Shown: positions 38,357 to 50,659 of the stretch, in pieces
How positions within the stretch are numbered: position 1 is the stretch's first letter
How the letters are laid out: each line of letters opens with the position of its first letter
Assembly: GCF_964204645.1 (NCBI RefSeq)
Contig: NC_134030.1
Span: 18,250,210 to 18,314,209 of the forward strand
Origin: Tubulanus polymorphus
Lineage: Eukaryota > Animalia > Nemertea
Direction of reading: 5' to 3'
DNA length: 64,000 nt
Made by a program: the position numbers and the translations under genes
Notes under the pieces: generated by a model
Seen by the model: only the letters and a program-made list of their open reading frames with translations
Told to the model about the DNA's origin: nothing
Databases searched by the model: none

Positions 38357-38640
38357 CATCTTCACCTGTCGTGGGAATCGAATTCACTAAGCTAAAGTCG
38401 TGTTCCCCGAACCCCTTGACCTCGCGAGTCGTTGGAGTCGTTACTAGCCGACCAGAATCCGGTCGTACCAATCACAGCGCTTGAAGCAAACGTCTGGCTT
38501 CTGTTGGTTTTCTCGTTAAATGGACCAATCAGCGTACAAGGAGTTATGTCAGCCAGTAATGACATCACGCGTCGTGAGGACAGGGGGCTGGTGGAAACGA
38601 GTTCGGGGAGCGATAGCAGACCCCCTGGCATGCGAGGATG
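38357..38640 (-). mobile_element. Non-autonomous DNA transposon with short CATCYTC TIRs (AcademH-like), copy 1
   Basis: Reverse-complement homologue of 50830-51156; after removing the adjacent MITE the flanks agagatatg / aaagatagg form a 7/9 TSD match. Confidence 0.75.
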
Positions 38641-39068
38641 AAAGATAGGTGACTTGTCCATAAGACCACTTTTTAAACAACCGCTTCATAGAACTTTCTC
38701 AAAATAAATTTTAATCAAAAATACATCTTTTTGAACCATACGCAATTTTATTCTGAAGCGTTTTGAGAATAGCGGATACTGGAGTACGCTTTCGCAGATA
38801 ATTCTCCATGTAAATTGATGGCACGTGTATTTCTGAGACACCTACTTGAGATGGGGTTGGATAGCGAATTAAAACATGGGTAGTGTTAGTATGATGTATT
38901 ACTAAGCCCAAACAGTCGCATGAAATCCATGAAAATTTACAATCATATTCTTTTCAACGCGTAACGTATATCATAGATATATTTGAATCTTCGAAATACA
39001 TCATGAACAGACAACACATAAACCGTGCAGGACAGATACGTATAAAAATGATTGTAACATGTACGCTC

Positions 39069-40560
39069 TCAGAATTGATTTAATAGCCAGTCATACAAAG
39101 CAGCGGCTTCTGGGGTTGATGTCGGTCTTGATTGTTGTCCCTGCCTCGTTATAAGATCACACATCGCTGAAAAGTCCGGATCACAGCCTCTCGATTCATT
39201 CGGTTTACTACAAAATTCCTCTCGAATTGAAGTAGTCCAGTAGTCCAGTGCTGAAGTAGTCCAGTGTCCTCTGGAAATTTGTAGTCTATCGTGCCTGAAA
39301 ATATTATTTCGTATTATCAAGAAGTGATAAAAACAACGTAAACTTAGAAACCTATGCTCATTTTTATACAGCGTATTTCGTACCGTAATATTCCGGCGAT
39401 AAGTATAAAAGATCAGGTTTTCTGGGTGGAACATCCACATTTCGAAGATGCCTGATGGCATGTGTATTCCACTCCTGCACAAAATCCTGGAGATCGGCAT
39501 TTATCAATTCAGAAAAAAACTGTATCTTAAGGTTTGATTGAAAAATATTGGAGAAAGGGAAATTACTACGTGGATCACAAAAAAATCGCCACGCGCTTTA
39601 AAGGCGGGGATTTAACCTACATGTGCACAACGTCCGCGGTAGATAGACTTCAATTTTCCTCCATATCTTTAAATATGTTCATCCAAAACTGAACAACTTC
39701 GTTTCGAAGACTTCGCCACCATCGTTCAATGCGCTTAAAAAAAGAAACATAAAACAATTGGTGAGTTTTGAAATATCTTAAGTTGGTTCTAGCGGAGATT
39801 GTCCAAAGCTACCCATATTAATGACTCCACGAACCTGATTATTCGTAGATCTACCCACAAGAACGCACGTTTCGTCGTCATATTCTGCTCTAAAGGCCTT
39901 CTGAATCGCAGCAATTCTGCCATTTTCGGTTCCAGCGTCCATACGGATGCAGCGAGGAACTGCTGAATGATGTTATAAAGATGACGGTCAGAGTATTATC
40001 TTAATCGACGATTGATAACAGATAATTTTTCCCAGGCATAATTTCGGCATATTGTGTATTTATGTATGACAATTCTATCCACCTTCAATGTCCTGAACGA
40101 AATCTAAAAAGTACCACGCAACCACCTCTGGGTCATTATTAGTATTTCCAGCTCTTAACCAAAGGATTCGTCGGGAAAACCGTTTAAATATAGACTGTGT
40201 TTATGAACATGTTCGACAAACCAAATTCTGAACTTAAAGCATCCAAGAAAGCAGTTCTGAATACAGCCAGATTGTAAACAACGCCTCTTATTATTTACTA
40301 TCGTTTACGTATTTAATATTCTGCTGTTGAAATGTGGAAATAATATCTTTTAGGATATATCAATTATATATTATGTTTACCCATCTATACATCCATGAAA
40401 CGGGAAACCAAAAGGCTTGATTGAGCTTGTCATAACCATCGAGATGGACAAGATAATTGGGACCCTTGTTAAAGTAACGTCGTCGTCTTAAAACTCCATG
40501 GGTCCTATTCTGTACTCCTTCGAAGTCTAAATTCCGAAGGATATTGGAAACTAGAGACCT
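39069..40560 (-). pseudogene. Intron-containing DDE integrase-core transposase (IS3/IS481-like eukaryotic type, possibly IS3EU); at least 6 exons; disabled
   Basis: Spliced translation: LRRRRYFNKGPNYLVHLDGYDKL(fs)KPFGFPFHGCIDG|FSRRILWL..NNDP|PRCIRMDAGTENG..GRSTNNQ|RIERWWRSLR|EWNTHAIR..P..LY; 4-bp duplication and a premature stop. Confidence 0.85.
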
Positions 40561-41332
40561 AGAAGTAAACAATCATATAACACATGAGTGAAGTGATCCA
40601 GATCTCATCTTCAAGCTCTTACATCAATCAAATACACATTTATACATATGCTGGCCGATTCGAAAGTTCTTTTTGTCAGGAGTAACAAAACTGACAATTC
40701 TTCGATTTGGCCAAAAAATATTTTTCGAGAAATTAAGTTGTTTTTTTTTTGTTATGGCGTTTTGGTACTTTAGCGCCCTCATTTATCATGTCAAGAATTA
40801 ACCGTGTAGGTAGCAACCCGATCATACATCTTACCTAGGGGCCTTTATTCCGTAGCGTTGACGGAGACGTTGTGACATAGCACGATATCCCATGCAACAT
40901 CCGCTGCCAGCAAGCTCAACCTGTAATAATGCAGAGAACATGATCTTTAACCCAAAAGACATATTCAATTTCTATCAGATATAAGCATCACTTCAAAAAT
41001 TCGGATTACATTCCTCGACTGCAGCGGTTACGTCATTAAGAACGTAATTGTTGTTCCTTTTCAAACCTAACCTATTCAATTGTCGTTTGAGGTAGCGGTC
41101 ACTGAAAGTTTAAAATAAACAAGACGGTTTGTGGACTGGACTAATATATCATATCATTATAAGGAGTAATATTGAATAAAAATGGTAGTGCCCATACGTA
41201 GCCGCAGACAATTAAAATCTATACTTAGACCATCTTAATGTAGGCCATGGAATTTTAGTGATCAATAAGTGAATGTGAATCACGAAATATTTTACCGACT
41301 ATCAATTAAAGTAATGTATGGGAGAATTCGAA

Positions 41333-41335
<3 letters not shown>

Positions 41336-41415
<80 letters not shown>
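41336..41415. repeat. (TA)n microsatellite
   Basis: Directly visible. Confidence 0.98.
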
Positions 41416-41422
<7 letters not shown>

Positions 41423-42024
41423 GTGAGATCTGTTTATGACGACTTAATTCATAATAATTTGGATTTTTGTTCAGTTTTCTATTCTCTTGCCGGTTTCTTT
41501 TTTTCTTTTCGTTTTGTAACATTCATTATATTTCTTCCTTACTGCTATATCATAACAACTGTTGAATATACATTTAAATTATGTGATTTTTGTCATAGAA
41601 AACGGGGAGGCAATCGATTTAAATCCCACCACGTCAGCAGAAGCTACACCGACCGTTTTGTACGGAAAAAGCCCAGATGTTACGAAAGCACAAAAGCATC
41701 TCCATGCGTATTCAAATTGACCCGCTCGCTCCAATTCTTTTATCCCAGATGCCAACGTTGAACTTGAGGACATGTCCGGGTAATGGCGAAATGCCAACAC
41801 CATGCACATCTGCATATTAGATACCACGGACTTTTCTAACAGGCCGACATGATGATGTATGACGGCACAGCCGGGCGGTTTTGAGAGCATGATAATGTAA
41901 CAGCGTGACGGATTTGAATGAAACACGCGCGTCGCGGAAAGCGTGTCTCTCCACGTGTGACGCGCATACAGGTCACTACCATATGAGCGTGGATGTTTCT
42001 GTAAACTTGCATTAAGAATTCGCT

Positions 42025-43371
42025 ATGACTGTTTCTGCTGAAAGTTGGTTTAATTCGTTTCGCAGTTCGAAACTTCTCGTCAAAATCATCACGTTCGTCG
42101 CCTTGTTGCTGCACACTTTGACGACGTCGACGATCGTGCCTCTTCTACCGCCCATGCTGGTTAAAATAGGGAGAACTCCGACCGGCGGCAACGCTTCATC
42201 TTTCGATTCGTTCGGCGCTAGCGACATCTACGCGCGCAACCTTACAGAAATTAGTAACTTTTCGGGTGCGTTGGGCTACATCGTTTCGGCGCGGTGGATC
42301 GCCGATTTTCTATTCACGATAGTGACCGGGTTTCTAGTGGATAGATTCGGTAACCGGTGGCCCATGCTAGTCGGGGTACTGTTCAACATGACCTCTATAT
42401 TCGGATACGCGTTTGTGCCGAATATCGCGAGTCTGATCGTATTCCGCGTTTTACAGGGAATCGGCGCCAGTTTGACTTACGTGTCCAGTTTAGCGCTGAT
42501 AAGCGAAACTTTTCAAGACGATTCCGAACGAAATAAGGCGTTAAGCCAAGTTTTTCTAGGATATACTGTCGGGCTACTACTAGGTTACGCAGTCGGGCCT
42601 ATACTGTTCAGATTCACTAATTTGATGGTGCCATTTTTATTACTAGGCGTGCTCGCTTCCGTCGACGGACTTCTGAGAATACTAAAACCAACCGATGACA
42701 CTAATACGCGTCAAGATGCCAAAAATGTGAAAATTTCAAAATATTGCGTCATTTTATTTGAACCATACATCCTGGCCGGTTTGATTTGTAATCTTTCGTT
42801 GTTTTTCGGACTCGGTATTTACCTAGCTACGGGCGCTGATTGGATGATTTACCACCTGCGAGCCGACATGTGGCAAATTGGACTAGTTTTATTTATTAGT
42901 TTGTTGTTTATGATTTTAGGTGACCTACTTGCCGGTTGGTACAGTTTAAAGTACCAATGGGCGTGGCTTATTATAGCCTTGTGGTTATACGCATCTGGTA
43001 TGGCGATCTACCCGGCATGCACTTCAATATGGCACGTGATCGGGACGGAAGGACTAGCCCGATTCGGAATAGGTATAGGACTGTGTTGCATCAATTCTCT
43101 TCTAGCCCGTGTAACCGATTTACGATTCGGTAGCGCCACCTATGGAGTGACTTTCGGACTGTTCGCGGCTACTGTCGACCTTGGGTCCATATTAGGGTCG
43201 CTTTTTGGTGGATTTTTGGTTGACAAAATGACATTCGACTGGCTGTACCGAGCCGAGGCTATTTTCGTATTTTTGGCGTCTTTCAGCGCTTTAATCTATC
43301 GTAAGATGCCCGCAGCAGTAAAAGACACTGGAAAATATGAAAAATTCCCAGCTGGCGAGAATTGCGACTAG
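42025..43371 (+). CDS. Intronless MFS transporter, SLC18 (VMAT/VAChT)-like, 448 aa
   Basis: About 12 hydrophobic segments; ALLL..IVPLLP, GFLVDRFGNRWPM, RVLQGIG, DDSERNKAL, EPYIL, DLR..YG motifs of SLC18A. Confidence 0.9.
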   Translation: MTVSAESWFNSFRSSKLLVKIITFVALLLHTLTTSTIVPLLPPMLVKIGRTPTGGNASSFDSFGASDIYARNLTEISNFSGALGYIVSARWIADFLFTIVTGFLVDRFGNRWPMLVGVLFNMTSIFGYAFVPNIASLIVFRVLQGIGASLTYVSSLALISETFQDDSERNKALSQVFLGYTVGLLLGYAVGPILFRFTNLMVPFLLLGVLASVDGLLRILKPTDDTNTRQDAKNVKISKYCVILFEPYILAGLICNLSLFFGLGIYLATGADWMIYHLRADMWQIGLVLFISLLFMILGDLLAGWYSLKYQWAWLIIALWLYASGMAIYPACTSIWHVIGTEGLARFGIGIGLCCINSLLARVTDLRFGSATYGVTFGLFAATVDLGSILGSLFGGFLVDKMTFDWLYRAEAIFVFLASFSALIYRKMPAAVKDTGKYEKFPAGENCD

Positions 43372-43587
43372 AACCACGTCACAAACGTTATCATTCACCT
43401 AGTGCTGGTGTGGCAAGTGAGGATCCGCCAGGTGTCGCTAGTGTGCAGTAAAATATTACTTACTGCGGCAATAGACGATTCCGCCTGTGGCAATTAAGCA
43501 TCCACCAGGTGTCGCTTATGTGTCCAAACGATAACAGTATGTACTAACCTCAACATTTTGGCAACTCTCCAATAAAAAAACGATACA

Positions 43588-43842
43588 ATAGCCACGATCA
43601 TTGAAGCGTTTTTGGCCCGGAACAACTGTTCCCATGGGTGCAAAATGGTTCCGTTTCTGTTTGGCCCGACCAAAAACGTCGGACCAGGCCCGAGCGACTC
43701 AATGTTTGTTAAAGCATTGTTTAGTATCGAGTGAGTGGTTTGCGTGTATAACGCGCTCTCGAAATTAGGCACGGGCCAAATTTGGCCCGAGCCTGATCCG
43801 TGCCAATTTGGCCCGGGCCAAATCGTCTCCGTGTGATCGCGA
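43588..43842. mobile_element. Harbinger-like MITE, same family as 48194-48451
   Basis: tagccacgatca...ccgtgtgatcgcgac; internal ggcccg repeats. Confidence 0.6.
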
Positions 43843-45985
43843 CAATTCTCCAAACTATGTGATAACACAGATACTATTGATAGAAAATAAGATTATTTGA
43901 TAAAATATTTGAACAAAATGAATAGAGAATTGTGACAATTCTCTCGCCTGTCCCTGAGTTCATACCTACAACCAATAAACCATTTTACCGTTGCTAGCCG
44001 CCATTTTGTTAGAGCACTTTTGTCATTTTTTTCTCCTTTTCAAAAACTATTTGTGATGCGTGTTTTATCATATTTCATCTGTCCCTGGATGGATTTTGAC
44101 AGTTTTAGCAACATTCAAACCGTATGAATCTCTCCTTTTCAGTTATCTAGAATCAAATCTTCAAACTTCCAACAATGCGCCATTAGTGCGATATAAATAT
44201 CGGTGGTTAGTTTTTGAACAACACACCCTTGTAAATGTCGGTAATAAACATCTTCAGTTGTAGTACTGAATTCAATGTGTCAATTTCTTCTGTTCGGGTC
44301 TCTCCCATCTATCTATTTTAACTCCAGCTTGACCCCTGCGATATTCCACAGAAAAAATGGCAATTATTTGCAAATAATGGTATAAGGCATTTGAAATAAC
44401 TCTTATTTTATGCGAAGTTTTGATTGAATTTCAATTAGTTCTGCAGCCCGATCGTTGTGTCAGCTGTTTTTGGAATGGATCGCGATCCCTGGTGGTTTTG
44501 CTATGAATTTGGGCGTTTACACAGATTGATTCAGCGATACCTGTTGTTCAAATTTACGACGGATGGAACCTAATCAGAGAACCTAAAGCTGTTATACCAG
44601 AATAAACCGGACATCCACCATCATCATTTTATACTAAAACTACGAGCAAAGCAATTATTGATACGCATATTGTATTCTCACAACTATCAGTTCAGGTCTA
44701 TAAGATGTCTGATTGGAACGTCTCGATTATGAATCCGTTAATTCAAATCCCTTTTATAAGGCTTATTGCCAGTCTAAGAACAAAACCAGTTAATCACAAA
44801 ATCTACATGATTACATCAAAAATATTCTTTTTTTTCTCGACAATTTATCATTCAATTTTATTTCATGATTCCCTTTCTGTGCAGGGGAATTGTACCCAAT
44901 CCTCTTTTTCTGATGTGGGGATCGGGGTGCAACCTCCTAAATCGGGAATACCAATCTGCGCGCCGGCCATCTCTAGTGGAAAGGTAAGGAGAGGTATGGC
45001 AAACGTGTGCAACTATCCCAGCAACGGACGCAATACAATGAGAAAATTGATTTTAGTAAATTATTTGACGCCTGCGAAAAAATGTAGACTCTTTTTGGGA
45101 TATGCTTTGAAATTTGGGGAGTTACGAGAGTTGGCGATTGGGTAGGTGATACAGGTCTTCGACTGAAAATAGTGGTTTAATTTTTTTTATCAAAAGTTGC
45201 ATGTTAATTTGATTATTGCCTGTAAGCTGGTCTGCAGCTTCATTGCCTCCATGGCTGAGGAAAGAGCTCTTCTGATATCTGCTTCATCATGACTTTGGAG
45301 CCCATATCGTGTGGCCTAGCCCGGTCGGTTTGGCTGCCAATCGACAAAGAACCTCGAGTCCCTGTTGAAGTGGACGTCATTTGAAATAACTTATTTATGT
45401 TATTCTGTATGAATTACGCCGATTTGGTGCGACATGTAGGGACCTGGCCTTACTGTGTGGTATGACACATCGATCTGTGTGTGGGTGACACCTTGGTCAC
45501 TTGACGCCTCACATCTGACAATGATCTCTAGGGTGAGATCGAAATGTCCTGTATTTTATATATTTTAGATTGTTCGAATGAATAAATTTCTTGATTTTAT
45601 AAATTCTTTTAATTTGTTAATAGTGGGTTTTTTATCTTAATTATCAACGAACTTTACGTTCAATAAAAGTGTGAAATTGTCGAGTCAGAACATGCACGTA
45701 CTTGACCGAATCGGAGGACTCTGTTCTCAGAGTCCATGACCGAATTAAGCATAAGCACATTAACTGAGTTGGAGAGGTTTTGAAGGGATATTTCCCACTC
45801 TGTGGATGATTATCAATCTATTCCAGGCGTGATTTCCATTTACGCGGTATCATTGGAATGTGTCACTAGAAACTAAAACAAACTCTTGGCCCGTTTTTCC
45901 AGGTTCAAGGAGTGTTACATATAAACAATCAAAAGCGGGCTAGATATGTCGCTCATCACAAAACACGACGTCAAATCAACAACAG

Positions 45986-46250
45986 AAACTACGCGAGGTA
46001 AACAGGTAAATAACTAAAACTACACGAGATAAACCGGTAAATAACAGAAACTACACGAGATAAACAGGTAAATAACAGAAACTACACGAGATAAACAGGT
46101 AAATAACTGAAACTACACGAGATAAACAGGTAAATAACTGAAACTACACGAGATAAACAGGTAAATAACTGAAACTACACGAGATAAACAGGTAATTAAC
46201 TAAAACTACACGAGATAAACAGGTAATTAACAGAAACTGCACGAGATGAA
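45986..46250. repeat. 31-bp minisatellite, about 8 copies
   Basis: aaactacacgagataaacaggtaaataacWg unit. Confidence 0.92.
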
Positions 46251-46847
46251 TAATTGAAACTATATGCGATAAACTTGATGTGTTTTGAATGAATGCGGGT
46301 TATCTATTTACAGTTGTTACGATGAAGTTGTCAATTGTTTTACTGATCGCTGTATTGGGGATAAAACGCATTCACTCAGAGGTTTCAGGTGCGTAGAATA
46401 TCTAAATCATCGTTACATCAAACGATCTGCAGCCTACATCCCGCTGCTTACTCTAACCTGTAACATAGGGTGCCTGATATTACAAGCTCTGCTTTTCTCT
46501 GGTTACCCTGCTGATATTTTGCATCAGCTTATATAATGTATGTGCAAAACAAATCAATTATCTATTGTCATTTTATAAATCTGGTATTCATCGATATAAA
46601 TTATTCAGGAAATAAATGAATAGATAAATAAAATCTTCATGACAGAATGCACACGAAACCTTAGGGCGATTTTTTAACCCAAAAGACATCTTGGTGACGA
46701 GTCGATAAGGCGCCTGAGGCAGGCCTGAGGGAGTTCGGGCTCCGTCTGAGGGGATGCAGCGTGCCCTGCCTGATTGTGGCGCAGGGTGTGTGGTTTGATA
46801 TCTGTTTTTGTTTGGCTCACGATTGATTTGTATTTTCAAATGAACAG

Positions 46848-47056
46848 GCCCAGGCGGAGGCGCAGACGAGTTGGTGTTTGTAGTAGACTCCGGAACCAAT
46901 GATGACGTCTACAAATACTGGACGGAAACACAAACATCGCAAACTACATCGGAAGACACTTCTTGCGCATGCGCCTGGAGACAGGAAAGTAACGTACCGT
47001 GTGTAAACTGCACGTGGAAAAGTCCCCGAGTTGATGCTTGGAAAAACGTGAACGAG
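46848..47056 (+). CDS. Exon of an uncharacterised invertebrate Cys/Trp-rich domain (phase 1 start, phase 0 end)
   Basis: aacag|GCCCAGGC...ELVFVVDSGTNDDVYKYW...CACAW...CVNCTWKSPRVDAWKNVNE|gt. Confidence 0.6.
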
Positions 47057-47187
47057 GTGTGTACGCATCCCAGCGCGTCATATTGGACGTCAAGCGCTAC
47101 AGATTCTGACTGGTGTGATTAAGAGTCACAATGCACAGCCATTTGGCGTACAATATGACGTAGATGAACATGTTAGTTGTAAGCCGC

Positions 47188-48193
47188 CAGCGGCGGATCC
47201 AGGAAGAAAGACACTCTAAATATTTGGATGGATATATGAAAGCTGTGGGTACTGGAGTGTGTAATGGGTAGTGTAGTGTGATCTGTGTGCATTTGTGGCC
47301 AGCACACAGATCACATTGTTCATTGGGGTTTGGTCCAGGACTCGCGAGATTTTCAACAACACGGTAACGTGTAATAAATGATGACTTGAATTGCATGACT
47401 ACCTACCACCCCTCATTATTGTTGGAAAACTAAACGTTCCGCACCGACTAAAAATTAGTTATAACATTTTAGAAATGGTCAGAATTTTAACTTAGGTTCT
47501 ATCTCATTTTTATTTTACAATTGCGATTGGTATAATTTGTTTTAAGCGGCCGTTAAGGCTTCATGTTTCGTCTGCAATTCACTGCAAATAGTTACGCAAC
47601 TACGCACATTTCAGTGTTTTTTAGGCAGCTTTACACTCAATCGGCACCGTTCGTGACTAGCTTCACTGCGGAATTATCATTAATTAACATCGCCATATCA
47701 CATCATCAACTTATATTGTGCTTTGAAACCCTAACAGCCGAAATAATTAAAATGTACACACGATTGCTATCATTGAAAATTGAGAGAGTGGCCATGTTTG
47801 TGTTCTGCTGCTTCGCGTAAATCCCGCGCGGTGGCGCATCCGTGCGGAGTGGGGCCGATACGTCCAGGATTCTAAGGAGGGGGTGCACAAATCCAAATAT
47901 GGGGTCCTCTCACAGAAAATTTTTGAAAGTTAGACCGGCGCGATGACGCGTTCTGGGCACGATCAGAGTACGATTTAACTCGCAATTTGAAGAGTGATTT
48001 TCACAACTTTCATGAACGATCTAGGTCTGCCGTAAAAAGTGCTGGTAATTATAAATGACGACATCAGTTTACGCATTTTCAGGGATTTTTCGCATGCTTG
48101 TCTTCGTTCTCACGAAAAGGTCAGTCCGTAAAAATTAGCGAGGACTTTAGGGGGATGCACGTGCCCCCTGTGCACCCACTGGATCCGCCGCTG
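47188..48193. mobile_element. hAT-like non-autonomous element with a 5-bp TSD (GCCGC), inserted in the TIR of a Harbinger-like MITE
   Basis: gccgc|cagcggcggatccag...ctggatccgccgctg|gccgc; removing it restores aagccgcgatcacacgg...ccgtgtgatcgcggcta (to 48451). Confidence 0.75.
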
Positions 48194-48492
48194 GCCGCGA
48201 TCACACGGTTGTATTTAGCATGGAAGAACCGTTCACGCGAGTTCCGAATGGGCCTGATTGGCTGGAACAAAAGTGGGACCAGGCCTGAGCCATAACATTC
48301 TAGCAAGGGTCAAATGATTGAATATTGATTAGTTTGTCACGGCATTGTTTGATATCGGGTGAGCGATGGACGCGCTACCTAAATCGGCACGGGCTTAGTT
48401 TGATTCGACGGTTCTGATCCGGGGCAAATCGCCTCCGTGTGATCGCGGCTAACATATCGAATATTCAACAGTTGTTAAACGTTCTGTTATAG

Positions 48493-48676
48493 GTAAAAGT
48501 AGTGATGTATAGCAAGTGTAAGGAAGTAGCTTTTATACGATTTAATGCACAAGGAAATGATAAAATCACTTGGTTCGACGTGACGAAAATCATAAACAGT
48601 TTATGGACGGATTTAACAGCAACAACTGCACTAAGTTCTTATATGAAAACAGTGTTTAGCATCGATGGAAAGGAAG
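48493..48676 (+). CDS. Next exon of the same uncharacterised domain
   Basis: tatag|VKVVMYSKCKEVAFIRFNAQGNDKITWFDVTKIINSLWTDL...FSIDG; phase 0 matches the previous donor. Exon end is approximate. Confidence 0.6.
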
Positions 48677-48931
48677 TAACCTGAAATTATTAACAAATTT
48701 CCAAAAAATTCTAACAATCGACGAAACACTCACAATGTAAGCGTGGAGATACATCGAAATTCGAAATAATTCGCAATGATTCCTTGGGCTAATCTCTTCG
48801 ACATTTCGACAATATCCCGTTGCTATCATCTGTTGGTCATCCTTGGTGACTAACTATTTGGATATAGTCGAAACAATGGCATAAACTACTAGCTCAAGGA
48901 AACATTTCAGACTCTCTCTAAACTTCATTGC

Positions 48932-49727
48932 TATCGCGGTCACAGGGGTTTGGCGATCGGCTTGGATTTTATTTCCGGGTTGTTGATAATCTCGCGAGAA
49001 TGGCGCTAAATATGAACTGCAAATAAATTCAAAATATCATAGAAATACCTTGTGTTTATATTGTTTATTTATCCGCTATTAAGTTCCGATAAACAATTGG
49101 TCGTTAAGGATCATCATCAGACAGTCGTCACGCTTTACTATATAAAATAACAAGGGATGAAACGCAGTTCAATTCGTGCCAGCCAGAAAGTTGGGACAGT
49201 CACGTGACAGTCGCGCTTCTTATTTGAATGAATGCAAACCCGAAGCATCTAAGATGGAAACTATGATACGAAAAATATTTGAGAATAACTTACATTCAAA
49301 TGCAATTTTTTTTTATGAATTATATATTTGATCATAATTTATTCTTTATAAGTTATTAATTTCATATGAATCATCATCTGACAATTGATATCAGTCTGTG
49401 AATATGTTAACTTTTCATGTTAAAGTTTTAAATGTGATGACATCATCAGAATGTCACGTGACTGTCCCAACTTTCTGGCTGGCACAACTCTGAAGGCGTT
49501 TCATCCCTTGTGATTTTATATAGTAGCGTGACGACCGTCTGATAATGATTCTTAACGACCAATTGTTTATCGAAACTTTATAGCGGATAAATAAACAATA
49601 TAAACACAAGGTATTTCCGTGATATTTTGAATTTATTCGTAGTTCATATTTAGCGCCATTCTCGCGAGATTATCAACAACCCGGAAATAAAATCCAAGCC
49701 CATCGCCAAACCCCTGTGATCGCGGTA
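48932..49727. mobile_element. Fold-back MITE with roughly 280-bp TIRs
   Basis: 48932-49209 and 49452-49727 are highly similar reverse complements (ends ta(t/c)cgcg(g/a)tcacagggg). Confidence 0.9.
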
Positions 49728-50524
49728 TCTATTATTATTGATGGGGTACCGGCAACGCTACTGTGGCAAGTGAGGATTCCGCTTGGTGGTTCGCTAGTGG
49801 CCCTGTGTAAATAATAAAAAAAAACTTACTTCAGGATCGGTTTTTCGTGTATAATTAAGCCTTTTATTTAAGAAATCGCAAAACCTGGTATGAGCACATA
49901 TACATTGTGCAATATGCCAACCGGCTTGATTAGTTCATACAACTGCCACCAGGGGATTGTGAAATCACCGTATTCGTTACCCTCAAAGCTTTGATTTAGT
50001 ACATCTGAGTACTTTGTACGTATAGTAGTCATCATATCCGGGAAATGTGTTGACCCCTAGGTGGCGCTCCTTTTTCGAATTCAATTTCGTAAACTGATGA
50101 GACTGATTTCGACGAAATCTGTGTACGGTTCCAAGTACTACATTTAAACCAGCAAGGCAGAAAACCCATTATCGCTGCTTTGCAGCTACATTTTCACTGA
50201 TTTTAGCGTCGCTTATGACTTAAATGGGAGCTCATTGAGAAAATCATCTCATACGCCCAATGTCACCATTGGGCTTCTATACATTAACACGTATTGCAAC
50301 CATGCTAAACGTTATAAAGCCTTTACTACTAGGAAAATCACAATCATGCCACATGTAACCCCATGTAGGTATAAATATCGAATTACCATTTCAAACTCGC
50401 AGGAATAACTGATGACGTTGTTTCTGATATAACTGTTACTAACTTATCTATGATGGACCGATAGGTATATATTGCTTTATCAAATAAGGCGCCATCAAAT
50501 TATTCCTTGTTTCCTAATATTTAG

Positions 50525-50655
50525 TCCGCATAGGTAAATTTCTCTGCGCTGAAACAATATGGTGGTTGCACAAATGACAGGATTTGGATGGTGTTGATAA
50601 ATGGTCCCGATACACGACCTCCTGGAAAGACGTGTGCATATGATCACGAGTATGG
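50525..50655 (+). CDS. Probable further exon of the same domain (acceptor or frame uncertain)
   Basis: FSALKQYGGCTNDRIWMVLING...KTCAYD contains the YGGC..D.W motif. Confidence 0.45.
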
Positions 50656-50659
50656 CGCT

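Noticed and set aside
41318-41761. IYIYIY ORFs (also 52662-52997)
   Set aside because: Artefacts of (TA)n microsatellites.
33002-43371. Bacterial contamination or recent horizontal transfer of the intronless methyltransferase and MFS genes
   Set aside because: Motifs match animal HNMT and SLC18 families, the methyltransferase has a splice acceptor, and the flanks are eukaryotic transposons.
45986-46250. CRISPR-like regular repeats (also 16049-16208 and 60720-61380)
   Set aside because: Head-to-tail minisatellites without unique spacers; no cas genes; eukaryotic context.
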